Positions 47,383 to 56,925 of a DNA stretch of 64,000 nt are shown piece by piece (position 1 is the stretch's first letter; every line of letters starts with the position of its first letter). Source of the DNA: Candidatus Woesearchaeota archaeon (GTDB lineage: Archaea > Nanobdellota > Nanobdellia > Woesearchaeales > JABIAG01); assembly GCA_018653365.1 (NCBI GenBank), contig JABIAG010000001.1:68772-132771 (forward strand), given 5' to 3'. The position numbers and the translations under genes were made by a program. The notes under the pieces were generated by a model. That model was not told the DNA's origin. It did not search any database and saw only the letters and a list, made by a program, of their open reading frames with translations.

Positions 47383-47753
47383 TTTTTAATTCTTCCCTCA
47401 TATAAATTTCAATCTTTTTTGATAACAAAAATGCGTTTTTTTCACAAAACTCTCTATAAGAATCATAAATTTTAGCATCAATACTAAATGTAACCTTCTT
47501 TTTTTTAATCAAAGTAGTGTACAAAACGTTAATCCTTATATTTAAATCTTTTTATTTAATTTGACTTCTTTTTATTTCCTTCTGCTTCTTTTAACTCTTT
47601 TTTACTTCTGTTTACTTCTTTGTAAGTATAGTTTGTGCCGGCCATCAGTTAAATTTATAAACAACCCACCAATTCCAGTATACATTACCAAACCTGCATG
47701 AGGTGAAAAAAAATGCAGATTCTCATGAGTGTTTGGTTAAGGAGAAAAATAAG

Positions 47754-48353
47754 ATGACTGAAGAATCACTATTATTACCAACCGACAATTACCTAAAAGC
47801 AGGAATCCATATTGGAACTAAATTTAAAACCAAATATATGGAGAAATTCATCTATAAAACCCGACCTGACGGGTTATCTGTATTAAATTTACAAGAAATA
47901 GATAAAAGAATAGGTATAGCAGCAAAATTCTTAGCAAACTACGAACCTGAAGAAATCATGATAGTATCCCGAAGAGAGGGTTCTTTTAAAGCACTGAAAA
48001 AAATGAAAGAACTTCTTGGATTAAAAGCATTCGCAGGAAGATATCCTCCAGGAATACTAACTAATCCTGAATTAGAAAATTTTATTGAAGCGAAAGTTAT
48101 ACTAGCATCAGATCCTTGGGCAGATAAGTCTGCAGTAAATGATGCATTTAGAGCAGGAATCACCATAATTGGATGTTGTGATACAAACAATCAAACAAAC
48201 AGACTGGATCTGGTAATTCCTTGTAATAATAAAGGGAAAAAATCATTAGGTTTACTATTTTATCTTTTAACCAGAGAATACATGGTACATAAAGGGTTGA
48301 TAAAAAATGCAAAAGACTTCCAAGCAAAAATCGAAGACTTTGTTGAAGAGTAG
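47754..48353 (+). CDS. rps2: 30S ribosomal protein S2 (archaeal/eukaryal type)
   Basis: 'YLKAGIHIGTKFKTKYMEKFIYKTRPDGLSVLNLQ...DPWADKSAVNDAFRAGITIIGCCDTNN...IPCNNKGKKSLGLLFYLLTRE'. AGGAG SD upstream of the ATG at 47754. The in-frame GTG at 47703 given by the track is less likely. Confidence 0.9.
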   Translation: MTEESLLLPTDNYLKAGIHIGTKFKTKYMEKFIYKTRPDGLSVLNLQEIDKRIGIAAKFLANYEPEEIMIVSRREGSFKALKKMKELLGLKAFAGRYPPGILTNPELENFIEAKVILASDPWADKSAVNDAFRAGITIIGCCDTNNQTNRLDLVIPCNNKGKKSLGLLFYLLTREYMVHKGLIKNAKDFQAKIEDFVEE

Positions 48354-48903
48354 TTTAGTTTTAATGCTACTTGTTATCTTAGTTGGATGTTCATCCCCAT
48401 TTGAAAAAACATTAAAACAAGTAGAAAAAATTGATTCTCAATATGGAATTTCGCTAGATGATTACGGACAGGGCCTGTCTTATTTTGATACTCATGCACG
48501 AACAGTGCCTCTAAATGCAGAAGAAATAGATCAAGTAATAAGTAAATTAGAAGCATTAAAGCAAGAAAAAGATGAAGATTCATTAGCGTACATAAATTTC
48601 AGAATAAACCTATTAAATGCAGAAAAATTCTATAAACGTGCTTCTCGTCGACCATTTGCAGGAATACATGACGCACTAAGATGTTCTAGACAACAAGATA
48701 TTTTAATATCTATAAATGATGCAAGAAAATCGATAAATGCATCAACAGATGCAGTAGAATCTTATATGCGGGAAGAAGTAAAAATCAATTTAACAGAAAG
48801 CTGGGTACATGGAGTATTAAATGATAACGGTCAGATTTATCAAAAAATTAATCAAAAAGAGAACACAATTCTTAATTTTTGCAACTCATCCCAGACTGAG
48901 TAA
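48307..48903 (+). CDS. Putative lipoprotein or secreted hypothetical protein (198 aa)
   Basis: 'LVLMLLVILVGCSSPFEK' is lipobox-like. It overlaps the rps2 3' end, so the start is uncertain. Confidence 0.35.
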   Translation: MQKTSKQKSKTLLKSSLVLMLLVILVGCSSPFEKTLKQVEKIDSQYGISLDDYGQGLSYFDTHARTVPLNAEEIDQVISKLEALKQEKDEDSLAYINFRINLLNAEKFYKRASRRPFAGIHDALRCSRQQDILISINDARKSINASTDAVESYMREEVKINLTESWVHGVLNDNGQIYQKINQKENTILNFCNSSQTE

Positions 48904-49534
48904 TTTTAAAAGTAATATTCTTATTTTCTTCCAAACTTCTATGCTTTTTTAAAACTGCTTTTCTCATACTACTGTGTCCTTTAACAATTTCAATTACACA
49001 CTTGCTACCATAAAATAATAAGTCTCCCCCCACCATTCTAACCCCGTTCTCAAAGTTAGAATACACTTGGTTTGTAATCAAAACAGGAATCTTCCTTTTT
49101 CTAGCAATTTCAGTAAGATAAGAAAGTTGTCTACCAAGTTCTCTATTAATTTCAAAAACATCTTCGCTTTTGCCTAATTCTAATCTATAGAGCATAGCAA
49201 TGGTATCAACAATAATTAATTTGATGTCATCTGTTATTTTTTCTTTTAACTTCTCTAAAACTTGTTTTTGCTCAGAAAATGAGGTTGGCTTGATAAAATT
49301 AATCCGGCTGAATATTATGTCAAAATCATCACCTGCGATTTGTTTAAGACGATCAACACTAAAACCTCCCTCAGTATCAATATAAAGTACTTTTCCTTTA
49401 TTCTTAGCTGTTTCAGCAGCAACAAGAATACAAGTACAGGTTTTACCACTGCCTCCTTGACCATAAATAGTAGTAACTACATCAGTTTCAAGGTTACCAA
49501 TTAAAAAATCAAGGAATTCACATCCTGTAGCCAT
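48872..49534 (-). CDS. radB: RadB-like RecA-superfamily ATPase (KaiC/RadA paralog)
   Basis: 'LDFLIGNLETDVVTTIYGQGGSGKTCTCILVA' (Walker A). Its size of about 220 aa and 'LIIVDTIAMLYR' are typical of archaeal RadB. Confidence 0.6.
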   Translation of the reverse strand: MATGCEFLDFLIGNLETDVVTTIYGQGGSGKTCTCILVAAETAKNKGKVLYIDTEGGFSVDRLKQIAGDDFDIIFSRINFIKPTSFSEQKQVLEKLKEKITDDIKLIIVDTIAMLYRLELGKSEDVFEINRELGRQLSYLTEIARKRKIPVLITNQVYSNFENGVRMVGGDLLFYGSKCVIEIVKGHSSMRKAVLKKHRSLEENKNITFKITQSGMSCKN

Positions 49535-49628
49535 ATTAATTTCATAATTTACGAGTTTTTAAGGATTGTTGTTTAATAGTTACACCAACAGGAGAAAGGT
49601 TTAAATAACCAAGTAATAAAAAGAAAGC

Positions 49629-51113
49629 ATGAATAAAAAATTAGTGGTGACACTGCTGGTATTGCTGTTTGTATTCTCACTAGGAATTCGACTCTACTTT
49701 GTTTTTCAAACACCTCATTTCAACTTGGGGGACTCATATTTTACTGAAAGACAGGTAACAAGCATACTTGAAACAGGATTGCCAAATTATATTGATGTTT
49801 TAAGCTTTTCAGGCAAGACCCAGGCATTTGTACCTTTATTCTATTATATTCTTGCGTTGTTTAATACGGTCATGCCCTTCTGGTGGGTTGGAAAATTAAT
49901 ACCCAATATTTTGGCTTCATCAATAGTATTTTTCTCATTTATATTAGCAAAAAGAATAACCCGAAGTGACGTTGCTGCACTTCTCACTGCATTCTTATCT
50001 GCATTTATTCCCATATTTTTTATCCAAACACTCAACAACATTTCCCCCTATTCGATTGTAATCCCTTTAATGTTGTATCAACTTTATTGTTTTATGGAAA
50101 AAAAGTTCACAATGTTTGGAATATTGGCAGTACTTCTTCCTTTAATCCATTTTTCAGCAGTAGTTTTACCAATAAGTTTAGTGGTATTTGTTGTAATATC
50201 ACGAATAGAACGTTTTAAGGTAAAAAAACCCTACGCAGAAATGATTATTTTTTCTTTAGTACTAAGTTTATGGTTATTATTAGTATTTTACAAACAAGCA
50301 TTCGCATTTCATAGTTTTGAAATAGTATTCAAAAATATGCCTTTCAGTGTAATCGGACAACACTTTGCAGAAGTCAATCTTGCAGAAGCAATATACCTCA
50401 CTGGAATAATTCCGTTCATATATGGTATGATCTCCCTCTATAAATTTTTATTCCGAAAAAGATTTTTTGAAGGATTTTTAATGATATCTCTTGTAATCAC
50501 CCCTGCATTACTGCTTTGGTTAACATTTATTGAAGTAACACAAGGAATTCTTTTTTTAGGGGTATTTGTAACAATATTGTTTAGTTCACACTATAATTCA
50601 ATTAAAGCTTTTGTTAAGAAATCAAAATTTTCTCATATAAAATATTATCAACACTATTTTGTGGTATCATCTATAATCGCATTTGTTTTAACATCAGTAT
50701 TGCCCTCCTTCTTTTTAGCAGGGGCACTAGTTGACACAAGCTTAAACGAAAACGAATTTCAGGCAATGACCTGGATAGAAGAAAACACCCCCCCCGATTC
50801 AGTAATTTTAGCACAGTTAGAAGAAGGAAATGCAATTGCATCAATAGCTAAAAGAAAAAATGTAATCGATAGCAACTTCTTATTGGTAAGAAATATAAAT
50901 TTGCGACACAGAGAATTTGAAAAAATGCTAAATTCACCTTATAAAACAGAAACAATAAGCTTAATGAACAAATACCAGGTAAACTACGTTTATATTTCAA
51001 AAAGAAAGATCGTTAACGTTTTTGAAGACAAATTCCAAGGAACTTGTTTTGATGAAGTATTCACAAATAATGATGTAGACATATTTGAGGTAAAATGCGA
51101 AATTCGAACATAA
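49629..51113 (+). CDS. Polytopic membrane protein (about 11 TM helices plus a C-terminal soluble domain), putative GT-C-type glycosyltransferase
   Basis: Its topology and size resemble ArnT/PMT/AglB-like enzymes. It has paralogs at 51095 and 54528. Confidence 0.4.
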   Translation: MNKKLVVTLLVLLFVFSLGIRLYFVFQTPHFNLGDSYFTERQVTSILETGLPNYIDVLSFSGKTQAFVPLFYYILALFNTVMPFWWVGKLIPNILASSIVFFSFILAKRITRSDVAALLTAFLSAFIPIFFIQTLNNISPYSIVIPLMLYQLYCFMEKKFTMFGILAVLLPLIHFSAVVLPISLVVFVVISRIERFKVKKPYAEMIIFSLVLSLWLLLVFYKQAFAFHSFEIVFKNMPFSVIGQHFAEVNLAEAIYLTGIIPFIYGMISLYKFLFRKRFFEGFLMISLVITPALLLWLTFIEVTQGILFLGVFVTILFSSHYNSIKAFVKKSKFSHIKYYQHYFVVSSIIAFVLTSVLPSFFLAGALVDTSLNENEFQAMTWIEENTPPDSVILAQLEEGNAIASIAKRKNVIDSNFLLVRNINLRHREFEKMLNSPYKTETISLMNKYQVNYVYISKRKIVNVFEDKFQGTCFDEVFTNNDVDIFEVKCEIRT

Positions 51114-52480
51114 TTCCAAAACAGTATCGCTGGGCAATACTTCTTGTAATTGCTACACTATTACTCATTACACCCCTATTTTTACGAGAAATGCCTTTTA
51201 ATGATCTTACTTACGAACGAATAAAAGTACAAGATCAGGGCAAACTAAACTTTTACACTGAAGATACGTTGGTTAAAGGGGGAAGAGTACTAGTAATTAC
51301 GCCGTATGACTTGTTAGTGATGTTGTTAAAAGATATACCTAAAATAACTCTAATCTTGCCGTTAATTTTTGGATTGTTATCTGTTATTTTGTTTAAATTT
51401 TTCCTTAAAGAATTTAATGTCTCTGAAAACCGGCGATTCTTTATAGTGTTATTATTCATATTAGCTCCTGCGTTCATTTTTACATTTAGTCTAAACAATT
51501 ACTACTCTCTTGTTTTATTACTAAACTTTTTAGGACTATTTTTATTTATTAAAGGCAAAACTCGGTTATCATTAACAGTTTATACAATTTTAGTATTCTT
51601 TGGAGTATTCGATTTTTTAATGTCTTTACTAATTTTATTTTTGTTAGATCAAAAATTAAAAAAAGGAATAATAAAAAAAGCATTAATCCCCATCTTGGTA
51701 TTTGCAGGATATTTAGTATTCATTATATTTAAAGGAGGGATATTCATTCCTAAACTAACTGCGACTTTAAACGGAGTTCTTGCAGATATCGGACCGTTGG
51801 GGGGGATAAGCATCTTTGCACTAATTTTAGCAGTAATGGGCTGGGGCCATAACTGGAGAAAAAACAAAAAAGCCCTTGCAGTACTTTTTTTAGTTCTTAT
51901 AATAACAATCTTTTATGCTCGTGCAAGCTTTTTCTTATTTCCACTTATAGCAATACTAAGCGCATCAGGATTAACCATACTTTTAAGTAAACAATGGAGT
52001 ATTAATTCACTAAAAACATTCACGGTTCTTATCTTCTTATTAGGTATATTATTTTCAGTAATATCTTATGAAACTAGTGCACTAACAGAAAACCCTACTG
52101 CAAAAATAGTACAAGGCCTAGAATTCTTAAAAGAGAGTTCAAGCGAAACTGATCTAGTTTTAACACATTATTCAAGAGGGCTTTGGGTGGAAGTTTTTGC
52201 TAATAGATCTGTGTTGTTGGATTCAAATTTTGGCGGAATAACAGATTATGAAGAACGATTAAAGGATATGGAATCTGTTTTTCACACTTATGACATGAGA
52301 ATTGTCCGAGAAATATTAAATAAGCATAATATAAAATATGTAGTAGTAGATAGCGAACTATATCAGGGGTTGGTTTGGGAAAAATCCGATCAAGAACTGC
52401 TACATCTAATGACCGATAAAGACACATTTAACAAAATATATTCTAATTCTGAAATTACCATCTGGGAATTTAAAGGATAA
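51095..52480 (+). CDS. Polytopic membrane protein (paralog), putative GT-C-type glycosyltransferase
   Basis: More than 10 TM helices plus a C-terminal soluble domain. 19-nt overlap with the upstream paralog. Confidence 0.4.
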   Translation: MRNSNIIPKQYRWAILLVIATLLLITPLFLREMPFNDLTYERIKVQDQGKLNFYTEDTLVKGGRVLVITPYDLLVMLLKDIPKITLILPLIFGLLSVILFKFFLKEFNVSENRRFFIVLLFILAPAFIFTFSLNNYYSLVLLLNFLGLFLFIKGKTRLSLTVYTILVFFGVFDFLMSLLILFLLDQKLKKGIIKKALIPILVFAGYLVFIIFKGGIFIPKLTATLNGVLADIGPLGGISIFALILAVMGWGHNWRKNKKALAVLFLVLIITIFYARASFFLFPLIAILSASGLTILLSKQWSINSLKTFTVLIFLLGILFSVISYETSALTENPTAKIVQGLEFLKESSSETDLVLTHYSRGLWVEVFANRSVLLDSNFGGITDYEERLKDMESVFHTYDMRIVREILNKHNIKYVVVDSELYQGLVWEKSDQELLHLMTDKDTFNKIYSNSEITIWEFKG

Positions 52481-52522
52481 AAACGATAAGGTTTAAATAG
52501 GAATCAATAGTTATTCTAAGAT

Positions 52523-53758
52523 ATGGAGCTGGGCGCTATACTGATGTATGTAACAACTTATTTTGGTTTATTTACAGCCATATTCTTTTTTATGACATTG
52601 TTAGAAAATAGAAAAAGTTTGAAAAGTCCTAAACCCACTCGACTACCAAAAGTAACAATTGCAGTACCTGCATATAATGAAGAGAACACCATAGCAGGGA
52701 CAGTAAAGTCTTTGTTAGCAATGAAGTATCCCAAAAACAAACTTGAAATATACGTTATAAATGATGGGAGCTCAGACAATACACTAAAAGAAGCAAATAA
52801 ATTCAAAAAATATGGTGTGAAAGTTATAGACAAACCAAATTCTGGAAAAGCAGATTCATTAAATCAAGTTATAAAAAAATGTAAAGGGGAGTTTTTTGGA
52901 GCATTAGATGCAGACTCCTTCGCACATCCGGAAGCAATAAAAAGATTAGTTGGTTACTTTTCAGACCCAAAAATAATGGCAGTAACCCCCTCTATGATGG
53001 TGTTTGAACCAAAAGGTTTCCTTCAAAAAATACAATACATAGAATACCTGATGGGAGTTTATTTAAGAAAAATCTTTGCATTTCTAGGAAGCATACATGT
53101 AACCCCTGGACCCCTCTCACTCTATAGGGTGGAATTCTTTGAAAAATACGGCGGGTACGCATTAAACAATAGAACAGAAGACATAGAAATGGCATTAAGA
53201 ATACAAAAAAAAGGATATCAAATAGAAAATGCAATAGACGCATACGTATTCACAGTTTCACCAAGAAAGTTCGTCCCGTTAACAAAACAAAGAGAAAGAT
53301 GGTATTCTGGTTTTTTACAAAATGTTTTGGCGTACAAAAGCTTATTCTCTCGTAAATACGGAAATTTAGGATTGTTCATCCTACCTGCTTCATTTTTATC
53401 TATAATACTAGTAATATTTGCAGCAGGATATGCATTATTTAGCATGGGACGAAATACCTGGCGAACATATACGCATTTAAGAGCGGTGAATTTCGAATTC
53501 TGGAGAATGTTCGATTTCAGACTAGATTTTTTTTACTGGGACGTAAGCATGATTATGTTTTTATCAATGATTACACTAGTAATCGGAATATTTATAATAT
53601 GTTTAGCTAAATACTTAGCAAATAGAAAAGAAAGCATTGCCTGGTCATATATTTTATTTATGATCTTTTACTGGATACTATTCGCTTATTGGTGGGTAAT
53701 TTCTGCCTGGGCATGCATAAGAAAGAAAAAAATACAATGGGGCATACAATATGAATGA
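52523..53758 (+). CDS. Family 2 glycosyltransferase, processive synthase-like (cellulose/chitin synthase-like), with C-terminal TM helices
   Basis: 'TIAVPAYNEE...VINDGSSDNT', 'DADSF', and 'TKQRERWYSG' (a Q-x-x-RW motif). Confidence 0.75.
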   Translation: MELGAILMYVTTYFGLFTAIFFFMTLLENRKSLKSPKPTRLPKVTIAVPAYNEENTIAGTVKSLLAMKYPKNKLEIYVINDGSSDNTLKEANKFKKYGVKVIDKPNSGKADSLNQVIKKCKGEFFGALDADSFAHPEAIKRLVGYFSDPKIMAVTPSMMVFEPKGFLQKIQYIEYLMGVYLRKIFAFLGSIHVTPGPLSLYRVEFFEKYGGYALNNRTEDIEMALRIQKKGYQIENAIDAYVFTVSPRKFVPLTKQRERWYSGFLQNVLAYKSLFSRKYGNLGLFILPASFLSIILVIFAAGYALFSMGRNTWRTYTHLRAVNFEFWRMFDFRLDFFYWDVSMIMFLSMITLVIGIFIICLAKYLANRKESIAWSYILFMIFYWILFAYWWVISAWACIRKKKIQWGIQYE

Positions 53759-54443
53759 TGACGCAATAAAAACAGACAAGATGAAGTATACCGCAGTCTT
53801 CGCAATAACAACACTAATATTTGTAATAGGCTTTCTTTTAGGAAGTTATGCATCTGGAGTTAAAGCAGATAAACTTAACATGTTAGAACAAGAATTCAGA
53901 TCAGATATAATGGCACTAGAACTCCAATATGAAATAATAAAAGAAAATCCGTGTGACTCAATTTCTGTTGCAGGTCTTAATGAACAACTTTATGTGTTGG
54001 GCGCAAAATTAACCCACTTGGAAAATGCAGAAGGGGAAAATCCTCAAACAATAAATCATCTAAAAAGTTATTACTCAATTTTACAAATACGTCATTGGTT
54101 AATTACTCGAAAAATAACAATATCTTGCGATACCCCTTTTAAAACCGCACTTTACTTTTATTCTAATAAAAACTGTGATAATTGTGATAAACAAGGATAT
54201 GTATTAACTTTTTTACGAAGAAAATATCCACAAATAAGAACTTACACGTTTGATGTAGATGTGAATAATGTGGCATTAGATTCGCTTAAGGAACTATATG
54301 GAATAGAAAATGAAGAGGTGCTACCCATTTTAATTATAGATGGGGATGTTCATTATGGATTTAAAGATTCTGACGAATTAGTTAAAATAATGGACTTAGA
54401 TATCTCGGTAAATGTAAGTACGACTAACCTATCAAATACTTAA
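53751..54443 (+). CDS. Membrane-anchored thioredoxin-fold CxxC protein (putative extracytoplasmic thiol-disulfide oxidoreductase)
   Basis: N-terminal TM helix. 'ALYFYSNKNCDNCDKQGYV...VLPILIIDGDVHYG' has a CxxC followed by a cis-Pro-like 'LPI' motif. Confidence 0.45.
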   Translation: MNDDAIKTDKMKYTAVFAITTLIFVIGFLLGSYASGVKADKLNMLEQEFRSDIMALELQYEIIKENPCDSISVAGLNEQLYVLGAKLTHLENAEGENPQTINHLKSYYSILQIRHWLITRKITISCDTPFKTALYFYSNKNCDNCDKQGYVLTFLRRKYPQIRTYTFDVDVNNVALDSLKELYGIENEEVLPILIIDGDVHYGFKDSDELVKIMDLDISVNVSTTNLSNT

Positions 54444-54527
54444 GCAATTATATTAATTGAGAAATTAATCAAAACTAGAGAATTAAGTTCAAATATCTTT
54501 TTAAAACAAGTTTAGTTCTTATATTAT

Positions 54528-55823
54528 ATGAAGAAATGGATCTTTCTTTTGATTTTTGTAATATTTCAAATAATTATAATTTTTAATACCCCGTTAGTTA
54601 GCTGGGACGAATCAGTATATCTTGGAATGGGCAAGTTTATCTATTCTAATGGTACTGTGGGGCTGTTTGAATCATTTAGACCAACTATGTTACCCTTATT
54701 ATCTGGAATGGGTTGGAAACTGGGGTTAAATACAGTTACTTTTGGAAGAAGCTTAGCACTAATTTTCAGTGTTGCAAATTTAGTTGCTTTTTACTTTGTT
54801 AGTAAACAATTCTTTAAAAAAAGAATGGCAATGTTGGCAAGTCTACTATTAGCAATCATGCCAACATACTTTATTTATACAACTCAGGTATTTACAGGCA
54901 TAATTGCAAGCTTCTTCGTACTATTAGCATTTTATTTCTATTTGAAACGAAAATATTATTGGATGAGTGTTTTTGCAGGAATTGCAACAATAACACGATT
55001 CCCTGCAGGAATGTTTTTTGTACTGTTTCTTATTTTCATGATAGTTAAAAAAGAGAAATTGGCAGTTTTGACTAAATCAATCCTATGTTTTTTAGTATTT
55101 ATTTCCCCATATTTTATCATCAATTATTTATTCGGAAATGGATTGCTATCTCCAGTGTTATCTGCACTAATACACCAAAATAATTATGTGTTTCAACAAG
55201 ATTTTGGATTTTACATAAAAGAGATGATAATGCAAGCCTTATTCTTGATATTTACCTTACCTGGCATTTACTATGTTATAAAAAATAAAAAATGGGATTT
55301 ATTGCTCTTATTCTTAGTGCCATTAATCTATTTTACATACATTGTGAATAAACAAGCAAGATTCATGAACTTATTCCTCCCTTTTGTTATCTTAGTTGCA
55401 GTTTATGGATTTTATGAATTATTAAAAAATCTCAAAAAAAGTAAAGTAAACACTTTTGCATTATTAGCATTTTTATTAATATCAATGATTCTTTCAATTT
55501 CCGTGATTGTAAACGATCTAAAGTTGGATACTAGTATAGAAGAGTTTAAGATTGATTTTGAGGGGACAATTCTTACAACAGACCCAATATTTAGCGCATA
55601 CAATGATAATAAATTCCTTCCACTTTATTTTGATATTAGTTCAGGAAACAACGCCTTAAACTTTTTTGAGGATGATGCAGAACTAATAATATACTCTGAT
55701 GTTTATCCTTGTGAGGTTTATGAAAATTCTCTCGAGTGCGAACAATTGAAAAACAAATTAGAAAAAAATATATTTGCCAAGAAGTTAGTGAAAGAAACAA
55801 TACACTACAAATTCTTTAAGTAG
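54528..55823 (+). CDS. GT-C-type membrane glycosyltransferase (ArnT/PMT-like, GT39/83-like)
   Basis: 'NTPLVSWDESVYLGMGKFI' is a DE motif in the first extracytoplasmic loop. About 11 TM helices plus a C-terminal domain. Confidence 0.55.
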   Translation: MKKWIFLLIFVIFQIIIIFNTPLVSWDESVYLGMGKFIYSNGTVGLFESFRPTMLPLLSGMGWKLGLNTVTFGRSLALIFSVANLVAFYFVSKQFFKKRMAMLASLLLAIMPTYFIYTTQVFTGIIASFFVLLAFYFYLKRKYYWMSVFAGIATITRFPAGMFFVLFLIFMIVKKEKLAVLTKSILCFLVFISPYFIINYLFGNGLLSPVLSALIHQNNYVFQQDFGFYIKEMIMQALFLIFTLPGIYYVIKNKKWDLLLLFLVPLIYFTYIVNKQARFMNLFLPFVILVAVYGFYELLKNLKKSKVNTFALLAFLLISMILSISVIVNDLKLDTSIEEFKIDFEGTILTTDPIFSAYNDNKFLPLYFDISSGNNALNFFEDDAELIIYSDVYPCEVYENSLECEQLKNKLEKNIFAKKLVKETIHYKFFK

Positions 55824-55876
55824 AATAACAAGAAAAATAACTTAACTTTTTTATACTAGAACATATATTTCTGATT

Positions 55877-56884
55877 ATGGTGTTAACAAAACTCAAAGCC
55901 CTTATAATTGGATACGCCCCAAAAGATAGAAATTATGCTGGGGCCATGAAAAAAATAAATGCTGCACACAGTTTAATAAAAACAAATAAAACATTAGATG
56001 CTGCTAAAAAATTAGGAATTAAAGAACGCACACAAAAAATATTTAACAAAAAAGAATTAAATCAAATACTAAAAATAATTCTTGCTACGGGATTTGATAA
56101 TGTTGTCAAAACTTCAAAAAATTTTGACTGGGTCTTCAAAAGAAAAGTCAAATCCTCGGATAGTATAAAACAAGCTAAAACAAAATCAATAATTCTAAAA
56201 GGAATAAAGAAAATGAAAGCAAGCAATGACCCTGCACATGATTTTTCTCACATAATGAGATGTTTGCGATTTTCAGAATTTATGTTAAATAATACTCGAT
56301 TAGAACTAGATTGGGGCGTTTTAGTAACAGCAATAGTTTGGCATGACATAGCAAGGGTTGATAATCAAGGAATTTTATACCAAAAACGATTCCGATGGTT
56401 TAGAAAAACACCTGTAATTAGAGATTTAAGCCTGTTTGGGATTTACATACGCGATGCATATGAAAGCGTGTTAATAGTACATAAAGAATTCAAAAAAGAA
56501 AAACTGGATAAAAAGTTCATAAAGTCAGTTAGTCATGCAATATATGGATCAGATAATAAATTCTTATTTTATGACAAATACGCTTTTAAGAAAAAATATC
56601 AAAGATTTATTGCAGATTTAGATAATTTAGACATGGTAACAATTGCAAGATGGGAAGATCTAAACCGAAACGTGTTAGATAAAAAAATATGCGATAAACA
56701 TTTTTTAAATAGAGTCGCATTACTGAATTTTATCTTTAATGTAAGAAGAGTAGAAAGAAAACTAAATTATAACATATCAAAACAACTTATACAGGTAATA
56801 AAAGAGTCAACATTACTGCATTTTGAAGAGTTTTATAAAACTGATTTAAAGTTTATAATAAAAGCGTTAAATAAAAGTAAATAA
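55877..56884 (+). CDS. HD-domain phosphohydrolase
   Basis: 'DPAHDFSHIMRCL' and 'IVWHDIARVD' are H...HD...D motifs. Confidence 0.6.
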   Translation: MVLTKLKALIIGYAPKDRNYAGAMKKINAAHSLIKTNKTLDAAKKLGIKERTQKIFNKKELNQILKIILATGFDNVVKTSKNFDWVFKRKVKSSDSIKQAKTKSIILKGIKKMKASNDPAHDFSHIMRCLRFSEFMLNNTRLELDWGVLVTAIVWHDIARVDNQGILYQKRFRWFRKTPVIRDLSLFGIYIRDAYESVLIVHKEFKKEKLDKKFIKSVSHAIYGSDNKFLFYDKYAFKKKYQRFIADLDNLDMVTIARWEDLNRNVLDKKICDKHFLNRVALLNFIFNVRRVERKLNYNISKQLIQVIKESTLLHFEEFYKTDLKFIIKALNKSK

Positions 56885-56925
56885 ATAAAATAACCACTAC
56901 ATTTTTAAAACAAAGTTTATTCTTT

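Noticed and set aside
47383-47700. T-rich intergenic region with 'TTTACTTCT' repeats and a GCCGGC palindrome, as a possible ncRNA
   Set aside because: No convincing conserved secondary structure or known RNA motif. It is more likely a divergent promoter or UTR region between the TSP3-protein gene and rps2.
47703-47753. Upstream in-frame GTG start for rps2 as given in the ORF track
   Set aside because: The ATG at 47754 is preceded by an AGGAG SD, and archaeal S2 proteins begin near this point. The extension adds a non-conserved peptide.
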